NCBI GenBank assembly: GCA_039679545.1
Contig: JBDKUT010000036.1
Span: 1-13,793, forward strand
DNA: 13,793 nucleotides
Reading direction: 5' to 3'
Origin: Thermotogota bacterium
GTDB lineage: Bacteria; Bipolaricaulota; Bipolaricaulia; UBA7950; UBA9294
In this document: one piece after another, positions 9,601 through 13,793 of the stretch
How positions within the stretch are numbered: the stretch's first letter is position 1
Layout of the letters: each line of letters starts with the position of its first letter
Program-made: the position numbers and the translations under genes
Notes under the pieces: model-generated
What the model was told of the DNA's origin: nothing
Seen by the model: the letters and a program-made list of their open reading frames with translations, nothing else
The model's database searches: none

Positions 9601-12600
9601 GGCCGGTACGGTGCCGCACCCGGCGTTGCGCACGGCCACCAGCACGTTCCCGGGGCTGCACGCCGTCGACACGCTGGGAGTCGCAAGGGCGATGACAAGA
9701 TCGGGGACCGAGGAGACGATCGCGGCACAGAGGGCGTTGTCGGTTCCATCGCACTCGCACACCATCCCGTCGGGATCCACCTCAAGCTTCGCCGACAGCG
9801 AGCAGCTTCCGTAGGCGCACAGGTCCTCGGCGATCACCCGATCGACGCCGACGGTCTGGGTTCCTCCTCCCGCGGCGAGCGAGATCCCCGAGAGCGTCTC
9901 GGTCCACGTCTCGACGACGCTCCCGGCGCATGCCGGCTCGCTGTAGACGGTGACCCGCAGTCCGACCGAGCCCGTGACGGGCGCGCACCCTGTGTTGGCG
10001 AGCACGACCGAGCCGTGGAGCCGCGCGGCCGCGTCACCGGCGCAGTCGAGCGAGAGGGCCGCCGAGCGCACCTCGAGGTCGGGACGCGCGGGCGAGAACG
10101 TCGATGACGCCTGATTGTTGGCCCCCGTGCACTCACAGACCTCCCCGGGGCCGTCCACGGTGGCTGTGAACGTACAGCTGCAGTCCGTGCAGTCCGCCCA
10201 CGTCGTCGCGACGGGGAAGGTCAGCGTCGTGGACCCCGACGCCGCGAGACTCGTGACGCGCTGGGTCGCGAACGTCAGGCACCCGTCAGTGACCAGCGAG
10301 ACATAGAACGCCGTCGCGGCGCCGCAACCGATGTTCTCCACAGTGACAGCCACGCTTCCGGAGACGGCGTCGCCGACGCACGTCAGTCCGGCGAGGTTCA
10401 TGGACGAGACGCGGAGATCGGGGAAGGCAACCGCGTAGGGCCCGACGCAGAGGGCGTTGTTCGTCCCATCGCACTCGCAGATTGCGTTCGCATAGTCGAG
10501 CTCGAGCCGGATCGAGACCGCGCACGTCCCGCACACGTTCAACGTCCGGGTTCGGTTGAGCGTGAAGCTCTGCGTGCCTCCGGCAGGCACGCTGGCCCCC
10601 GTCAGGGCCAAGGTGAACTGGTCGAGCACGGTGCCGGCGCAGCCGGCCGCGTCGTAGAGCGTCACGCGAAGAGGGATCGATCCCGTGTACGCACTGCCGC
10701 ACCCTGCGTTGCGCACCACGATTGGACCCTGAACCCGAATCTGGCCGTCGGCGCTGCACGTCACGGCCAGGCTCGCGCTGTCGATGGACAGGTCGGGCAC
10801 GGTCAGGGTGTAGTCAAGGGTGGCCGTGTTGTTTCCCTCGGCGCACTCGCAGACCTGCCCCGCGGCGTCGACGGTCACGGCAAAGTGGTACACACATGCG
10901 GTACAGGCAACCGGCCATCCGGGAAGCGTCAGGGTCTGCGAGCCGTTCGCGGCCATCGGCAGCGTTCCACCGAGCGAAGTGAAGGTCCCCGAAACGCTCC
11001 ATCCAGTGGTCGATTCGCTCGCCTGAACCGCGAAGTCCTGTGTGACGGGGGCGTCGCTTGGATTGCGGATCGTGATCCCGAGCGCCCCCGAACCCACGCC
11101 GTCGCCGCTGCACGCGAACGCGGGAACGATGTCCGTTGACCCGACCGCCAGGTTGGCCACCTGCACCACGGCGGCGTCCTCGACCGTTCCGCCGGAACAC
11201 TCGTACTCTCCTGTCGTCGTGGGGTTCCCGTCGGGCGCGCCGCACGCCCACAGGGCCGTCGCCGTGTTGGTTCGGCGCGCCGCGTCGCAGCCGCCGAGCA
11301 CGGCCGACAGCTCTCCCGTGAGCGTCACGTCCTCGAACTCGCCCGGTCCCAGCGGGCCGAACTCCCACCCCCAGACCTGCGGATCTCCGGCAACTTGCGT
11401 CCCTCCCGAGACGTGGACGAGATCGTCGCCCAACGTGTCCACCAGCCGGACGATGTCCGCCGTCCCCGTGCCCTGGTTGGTTACGCGAAGGGTCCACGTG
11501 ACCTCTTCCTCAGTCAGGCAGTCGAGCGCCGAGGTCTCCGGGGTCTTCGAAAGGGCAAGGCTTGGAACCAGCGCCGGCGCTGCGGCGCTGGCGCTCACCG
11601 TGGTCAGCGTCGTGCCGCAGCAGTCGAGATATGTGACGTCCACGTCGATGGTGCGCGTCGTTGTGTAGCACGACGACTCCGCAAGGAAGGTCAGAGTCAG
11701 GGTTTCTCCGGGTTCGAGCGTCGCCGCGAGAGGCCAGACGAGGTCGGGGCCGGGGGTCCCGGTCGGGTCCGCCGTCGAGCCTCCTCCCGGCCACACGGCC
11801 GATGTCTCGCCGACGTACGCCAGCCCGGTGGGGAGAGAGAGCGCGATCGCAATGTCCGAGGCGGTCACGGTCGTGCTCGTGTTCTCGACGGTGACTTGGA
11901 TTGTTCCTTCACTTCCGCAGACCTCGAAGCCGGACGAGAGGACCGCTGCGGTGGCGTCCACGGGCGGAACCCGCGTTCCCGCAACGGTCGCCGTGATCGG
12001 CGAACTCGTGATGCACTCTGCGTCCGCCGTCGACGACGCGCCGTCGACCAGCCCGCATCCCCAGTACGCGTCGACGAAGAGGCCGAGCGCCTCGCAGTCC
12101 ACTCCGCCTCCGGGCGCCGCCGCCGTCAGAGAGAGCGTCGCGGTCGCGCCGACCGGCAACGACGCAACCTCCCACGCAACGGACGAACCGGCCTGGGATC
12201 CGCCGTCGGCCGGGCCGTACGTCGGGTCGCCCGAGGAGTCGACGAAGACAAGGCCGTCATCGAGGAGCGCTCCGACGCGGATGACCGGAACGGCGATCGT
12301 CCCGGCGTTCGTGACGTCGATCTCCCAGGTCGCCTCGCCGTCGCAGGCGATGGCATCCCCCGCCGGCGGGCTCACCTGACGAACAGCGACCGCGACGTCA
12401 GGAATTCGGGCCGACACGGAGAACGCGCCAACGCCCGACGTGAACTCGTTGCCGCACGGGTTCTTGTATCCGACCTGGAAGCCGAGGACGCCTCCGTTGA
12501 ACGCGCAGTCCGTGGCGACGACAAAGCGAATCTGCACTTGCTCCCGGGCCGCCACGACCGCGAGGGCGGCGATCTCACTCGCCGTCCACGTCAGCGTCGG

Positions 12601-13791
12601 GCCGGAAGTCCCCGACGGGTCGGACGCCGAAATCCACGATCCGCTCCCAACGCGGTACTCGGCCCCGCCGGCGTACGAGACCCCGTCGGGAAGGGTGACC
12701 TCTGCCGTAATGTCGTACGTCGCCGTGACGCCAGCGTTCTTCGCCGTCACCGTGGCCGTTTCAGACGAGCACACGTTGATCGGAGTCGGGAGGTACGACG
12801 TGGCGACCATCGTGCTGGTGGGGACCACGACGGACGACGCGTCCGTCTTCGGGGTCTGGCACGAATCGCCCAGGCACCCCCACCCGACCGCGACGTCGTT
12901 CGTCATCCCACTGCAGGCGAGAAGACGCGCCGTCAACTCGATCGCCCGCTCCTCGCCGGGCTGGAGTTCGTCGATGACCCACGTGACGCCGTTCGCCGGA
13001 GCACCGAGACGGTCCTCGTTCGGGTGCTCCGTCGCCCCCGTCCCGTCGCTGATCGATGACGAAACGTAGACGAGCCCCGCGCCGAGCGCATCCTCAACCC
13101 ACGTGTTCGCCGCGACCCCGTTGCCGACGTTTGTGAAGCAGAGCCTCCACGTGACCTCTTGCTCGGTCGCGAAGATGATCTCCGGCGTCTTCTGCACGCA
13201 GACGTCGGCGGCCACCGAGAGCGAGGCCGCGCCGCCGGCCGACGTGGAGCACACGCCGTCGTAGACGTCGTCGTTCGAACAGAGGTCGTCATAGAACGCT
13301 TCCGCCGTGAGCGCGAGCAGAGGCCTTCCGCACGGCACGGTCACGGGGAGCGTAATCGTTGCCGTGACGCCCGAGGCGAACGCGTCGTCAAAGCGCCACT
13401 CCATGGAGTCCGATGTCTCGATCGGCGAGGTGCACGTGGTTCCGTCTCCCGGAGCGACGCCGTCACACGTAGCGAACGAGGCTTCGGCGGCGTACGGGGC
13501 CAGACCGGAAAGAACAAGCCTCGCGTCGTACGGGACCGCGTTCGTCGAGGTGCGAGACAGCGTGAGCGTTACATCGTACGTCGCGCACTCGTCCTGGATA
13601 TTCGGGATTCCTGAGACCGAGACGCTCATCGCGGGAGGTTCGATCGACACAGGGGTCGCGTCGTAGAAGGTTCCGCAAGCTCCGGCCGGCGCGTCCACGC
13701 CGAGCTGGTGGCTCGTCCACACGTAGAAGGTCGATGCGCCTCCGCACGCGGGCGTGGAGGCTTCGCTCGCTTGGAGTTGGTACGTGTAGAC
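640..13791 (-). CDS. Giant multidomain secreted/cell-surface protein, 5'-truncated (at least 4383 aa), with DUF11-like, CARDB-like and three helical-barrel-like repeats
   Basis: Uninterrupted frame over 13 kb ending in TAG (640-642). It stays open for 23 codons upstream of the GTG at 13722 (VYTYQLQASEASTPACGGASTFY) to the window edge, so the true start is outside the window. The translation shows coherent repeated Ig-like domain motifs. Confidence 0.95.
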   Translation of the reverse strand, partial: VYTYQLQASEASTPACGGASTFYVWTSHQLGVDAPAGACGTFYDATPVSIEPPAMSVSVSGIPNIQDECATYDVTLTLSRTSTNAVPYDARLVLSGLAPYAAEASFATCDGVAPGDGTTCTSPIETSDSMEWRFDDAFASGVTATITLPVTVPCGRPLLALTAEAFYDDLCSNDDVYDGVCSTSAGGAASLSVAADVCVQKTPEIIFATEQEVTWRLCFTNVGNGVAANTWVEDALGAGLVYVSSSISDGTGATEHPNEDRLGAPANGVTWVIDELQPGEERAIELTARLLACSGMTNDVAVGWGCLGDSCQTPKTDASSVVVPTSTMVATSYLPTPINVCSSETATVTAKNAGVTATYDITAEVTLPDGVSYAGGAEYRVGSGSWISASDPSGTSGPTLTWTASEIAALAVVAAREQVQIRFVVATDCAFNGGVLGFQVGYKNPCGNEFTSGVGAFSVSARIPDVAVAVRQVSPPAGDAIACDGEATWEIDVTNAGTIAVPVIRVGALLDDGLVFVDSSGDPTYGPADGGSQAGSSVAWEVASLPVGATATLSLTAAAPGGGVDCEALGLFVDAYWGCGLVDGASSTADAECITSSPITATVAGTRVPPVDATAAVLSSGFEVCGSEGTIQVTVENTSTTVTASDIAIALSLPTGLAYVGETSAVWPGGGSTADPTGTPGPDLVWPLAATLEPGETLTLTFLAESSCYTTTRTIDVDVTYLDCCGTTLTTVSASAAAPALVPSLALSKTPETSALDCLTEEEVTWTLRVTNQGTGTADIVRLVDTLGDDLVHVSGGTQVAGDPQVWGWEFGPLGPGEFEDVTLTGELSAVLGGCDAARRTNTATALWACGAPDGNPTTTGEYECSGGTVEDAAVVQVANLAVGSTDIVPAFACSGDGVGSGALGITIRNPSDAPVTQDFAVQASESTTGWSVSGTFTSLGGTLPMAANGSQTLTLPGWPVACTACVYHFAVTVDAAGQVCECAEGNNTATLDYTLTVPDLSIDSASLAVTCSADGQIRVQGPIVVRNAGCGSAYTGSIPLRVTLYDAAGCAGTVLDQFTLALTGASVPAGGTQSFTLNRTRTLNVCGTCAVSIRLELDYANAICECDGTNNALCVGPYAVAFPDLRVSSMNLAGLTCVGDAVSGSVAVTVENIGCGAATAFYVSLVTDGCLTFATQRVTSLAASGSTTLTFPVATTWADCTDCSCTFTATVDGPGEVCECTGANNQASSTFSPARPDLEVRSAALSLDCAGDAAARLHGSVVLANTGCAPVTGSVGLRVTVYSEPACAGSVVETWTETLSGISLAAGGGTQTVGVDRVIAEDLCAYGSCSLSAKLEVDPDGMVCECDGTDNALCAAIVSSVPDLVIALATPSVSTACSPGNVLVAVRNAGCGTVPAGVVVRVTGDALGQAQTVGSLGAGGSEVVSVNLNEVLSCGSHRLTIAVDPAGAVCECDDGNNVQVVDFSVADPDATFSDLVAACRGDDTFDVEVNLDNVGGQAQTDIAVVLYVDGVRREERTQALAAGASASLTFETQALPCGTPHSMRVVADGAAAFCECNETNNEAEVWATCPCPALVTTKTVAAIQRGAASVSASGPVEPGDVVTYRLTVANVGGGTAFYVGIEDALPDSFSYVPASTHAAWPQGASTADPAGGVGPNLTFGLAATLAAGETASLVYDVVVGSDVSPNAEYVNVMSATGSEGTGAPIPADASTTVPADVDRDDQSAVSLRAVEPALVTAKSVASILRDGVTIPATSRVAPGDRVRYEVHVTNVGGGTAYAVGLVDALPDGFAYVVGSTSAVWPSGASVADPLGGSGSELHFELGAELPPGGALTLTFEGLLTSGVDEIGPYTNVLSAIGVDGSGTPIPADNSSDVPSDTDGDDASEATLLPARPALVTTKSVASIVREGEPISTAGPIAPGDVVTYRLTVANVGRGTAFNVGLEDELPPPLSFVGGSTTALWPDGLATSDPVGAPGPSLAWPLSVTLGWGEAIALEFDALVGSVLQGSVYVNAMSAASNDATGAPTSTDRSDEAPDDTDADDASAVSLPGIIPALSVDKVIVDVHRDGVSLGAIPAAVPGDVVTYRFTIRNVGNGAAYNVDFRDELPPGFEYETAAPYGGGSYAVSAPSAAGGLSVPDGATSFTTSMDATIDGGAQLAATYAARITDAAETGVSLENVAEAEGFNGAGVEISDANSVVGDVSDDDVEDADADDTGVAPIRVGMPALAVNKETLDIERRGVSIGAAGPVEPGDVMVYRFTIRNVGTDDAYDVGFVDLLPPGIEMEAAYGVGTFTVDLPATGTTALGFADGATGSVEASLGARVGRGGTLTATYRVRVTGDVSQGDALVNEARALGRDVGGVPIPPANPTVGDTFDDDEDDRDADDVGTETISVVEPALVTEKIVADIVRDGASVDSATPVRPGDVITYRVRVSNVGRGSAYSVNIADSLPVGLVYQGPSLATWPEGSVATDPSGGTGPTLAWNLAATLEGGDDLFVTFDVRVTNDAARSATLLNVVRASGVDGSGMPIPPDNAADVPADDDADDADSVRLSVAPDVLATAMIPALVTEKSVARIVRGEETAFGTIVEPGDRVTFELVVRNVGTGTAYGVIVTDSLPPEMGCVAGTTSARWPLGAWFDDASGIPGPELEWNLLATLRAGESIRLTFEAVVAEGILDGETLVNRMQARGEDEAGAPIPTDQSRGVPGDIDDDDSSDLLLTTRSSLLQGEGGLIEAPILRKDVERLGGTPCRQVEPLGDDVWFQTDIALYAASELAWLARSATGPELARETLLPTWLRDVAVEARRVAFENLIEVEAGSGMGVPLAVGPRFRDAADAEIALEQRLNEFARAVGLDPAERPSDERWTVLEYAAGDPRFASRDVGTNPWPTGEWEIYDRRITPSAVGMGLLAQALEARRLLESKLPQDRYLGCVVVEAMRNKIASLAELRAAPGSANGLLAHAYTATWSGRRVAYTVVEPRVDLIDQVALAWGLTAFVEFAELTPSPWPSALGSLAGDARDARKELERVLDGTSRSLRGFDGALRESTTDGEGASVRTTTLGLLLGALNDVSRVLESYPATERLAAHAAIQLSGRVGLDGHLDSTTSGTDVANACAAVRGLLAASRVLGVSAYETTAVRVLEAVGRGFWDDAFGAYVEESEKTGAGVCLTPLDLGLVVGALRDAATVLPRGEADRVLARLASHVRAVVNSAALHLANAIPQGGAGTFVGDGTGSFAPARVFDAPRGWAFVFKDRLCYAKGAMGENPCVGLAVDERDVYYQTDWAMYAGYEIESAAKWAADYADANLAAAILHAGLGQPLGGASAWRARADAAGVATSALRPVSTPYAGGDPGLVEDTSLAWDAATFDLRRTGSALGMTLLREAQELAEFADRGLRTDSEQISEEILLESALETLDAVGAILDAAEAALGARYVPRAVLAEHVDGVWRVTLDESQSSLFDQTALLWGLSELASLVSRPDVGPWLAAQGRTGADVGARLADATDAVLATLMLHLDSSTGTLLDEIRRTSRAWILEVRVDETTLALAVPALLDFTRSPLAAGRTDETRWARGLVPLLLEHLAGRVGQETEGSCEIGGLTSRLAALRAFVAGYEALGDPRWEEQACAAFGRLVELDWDEESGMYRASADALSWCYTPFDLGLLVGSHARFAALLGIGRAADVETKMRSSFLRWADAAKMQLSSLSQRRENGGGTEYAPVFDRRVCLRPVRGVVGADYARPGDLVRYRITADNPTESTWTDLVFADALPESLVVLDPVGTPIGATLSWPADSLGPGEARSWTILGRIPTDAPPGAVYENCATLSYRSDSGVEQKPRRACVETRLEDPPAESRKAAWWVDLPDYDTAEAMYLSAILTGMSDAGWSNEPRGLEYAFGNLATLLVDSELGLTYRGVGGSPAVIGEDLAAVSGGPCGGTRALDDVLLIPFRGGEPVLGIESGFRAKDAAITAAALGQTLAMEAAALRAYAAESDAGSQAVKRLVSDIVDFQLVWIDEHRVGAEDAAKYVPQSIRVVAGVPPVESVVDGWASDLYGQASLLWGLELLRETRGDGETVDRLLEATFDRIVEHGLSEPGTYAALLPSDAASAAVWMDLELVARAFFEIARGSSTRSAPAAARLGDLCRVAAVAPVPSDAAEAMALLRVLLYSASLSDASIPATAISALWSAIHERFWSSLYGLPGDQTLTPSEWTFSPRKTAVLLDALSTLTALGLALPGVVDRAFEAVVEAGRMQLVAPPTGYGRGTLVRAPTHIAPVFGRETSVGGWRRTPVVGAPDMKDGFLLFTVDLSVPARLGPVRSLSIDCASGLAYVPGSARLENKRGEWILLDPPASTPLRFEISRLDRAARIEYLMWWFGGEWTNSIGGEWTDPSGRVVPWTP
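643..990 (-). other. C-terminal degenerate DUF11/Ig-like beta domain
   Basis: LLFTVDL...SGLAYVPGSARL...RIEYLM...WTNSI resembles the F(S/A)YV..S segment, the Tyr/Phe strand and the late Asn of the upstream repeats. Confidence 0.45.
991..2247 (-). other. Helical repeat H3 (about 419 aa), diverged third copy
   Basis: Motifs YDTAEAMY, FGNLATLL..SELG, FRGGEP, ITAAALGQTL, YVPQSI, DLYGQASLLWGL, FWSSLYG, FSPRK, GRMQL and IAPVF are colinear with H1/H2. Confidence 0.6.
2290..2616 (-). other. DUF11-like domain body lacking a local Lys-bearing first strand
   Basis: YARPGDLVRYRITADN...FADALPESL...LSW...LGPGEARSWTI...YENCATLSY. No PALxxxK strand immediately precedes it. Confidence 0.75.
2647..3987 (-). 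other. Helical repeat H2 (about 447 aa), homologous to H1
   Basis: Motifs DVYYQTDWAMYA, YAGGDP, RTGSALGMTLL, SLFDQTALLWGL, WDEESGMY, YTPFDLGLLVG and PVFDRRVC occur in the same order as in H1. Confidence 0.65.
4042..5529 (-). other. Helical repeat H1 (about 496 aa), putative (alpha/alpha)6-barrel-like domain
   Basis: Leu/Ala/Arg/Glu-rich amphipathic helical pattern. Motifs DVWFQTDIALYA, YAAGDP, ITPSAVGMGLL, DLIDQVALAWGL, FWDDAFGAY, LTPLDLGLVVG and FVFKDRLC have counterparts in H2 and H3. Confidence 0.65.
5599..9075 (-). repeat. Seven tandem DUF11/TIGR01451-like repeats (159-171 aa) with Asp-rich loops
   Basis: PALxxxK starts at 9075, 8595, 8115, 7638, 7125, 6612 and 6111 (unit lengths 480, 480, 477, 513, 513, 501, 513 nt). 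All share PGD...(Y/F)....NVG...A(Y/F).V...D.LP, a late Asn and DxDxDD-like motifs. Confidence 0.9.
9076..11157 (-). repeat. Six tandem CARDB-like domains, each with a CEC motif
   Basis: Starts at 11157 (ANL), 10797, 10422, 10083, 9705 (all PDL) and 9387 (PDA). Most have an NxG motif, and all end D-x5-CEC-x3-(N/D)N, matching the CARDB-type PDL...NxG...VD....I.E..E.NN pattern. Confidence 0.75.
11158..13635 (-). repeat. Six Cys-rich DUF11-like Ig domains alternating B-A-B-A-B-A
   Basis: Approximate starts: 13635 (B), 13209 (A), 12822 (B), 12402 (A), 11967 (B), 11565 (A). A-type: TW...TNxG...L..(G/D)LV.V...W....L..G...W(G/A)C. B-type: early Cys (DEC/NVC/EVC) and terminal Y-x-(D/N)-x-C (YDDLC, YKNPC, YLDCC). 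Confidence 0.65.
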
Positions 13792-13793
13792 GA

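Noticed and set aside
926..13666. Many long + strand ORFs (e.g. 8335-10107, 11395-13059, 6769-8181, 5278-6624) and alternative-frame - strand ORFs
   Set aside because: They lie entirely within the giant CDS and give Arg/Pro/Ser/Gly-rich low-information translations, as expected for shadow frames in high-GC coding DNA.
13720..13722. GTG at 13722 as the start of the giant ORF
   Set aside because: The frame is open to the window edge, there is no RBS or signal peptide, and the sequence is mid-domain. It is an internal Val codon.
1..13793. Taxonomic assignment (impression of a high-GC uncultured lineage such as Bipolaricaulota)
   Set aside because: There is no marker gene in the window, so the impression cannot be supported without a homology search.

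Overview
High-GC prokaryotic window with two convergent genes separated by a strong GC-rich hairpin. On the + strand (68-532) is a small secreted, Cys-free, beta-rich protein with a strong Shine-Dalgarno site, resembling a donor-strand-type pilin or fibre subunit. On the - strand is the 3' part of a giant secreted/surface protein of at least 4383 aa; its frame is open past the right edge and stops at 640. From N to C it carries: six Cys-rich DUF11-like Ig domains alternating between two subtypes; six CARDB-like domains that all contain a C-E-C motif; seven tandem DUF11/TIGR01451-like repeats with Asp-rich loops, each with a single invariant Lys (predicted Lys-Asn isopeptide bonds); three homologous 420-500 aa helical repeats resembling (alpha/alpha)6 barrels; and a degenerate C-terminal Ig-like domain with no recognisable anchor. 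The most striking observation is an eighth DUF11 domain that appears split: its Lys-bearing first strand (PILRK) lies 992 residues upstream of the rest of the domain, with two Cys-bracketed helical repeats in between. If the isopeptide forms, it would close a covalent loop around them. Domain family names come from manual motif recognition, not database searches. No RNA genes, mobile elements or CRISPR arrays were seen.
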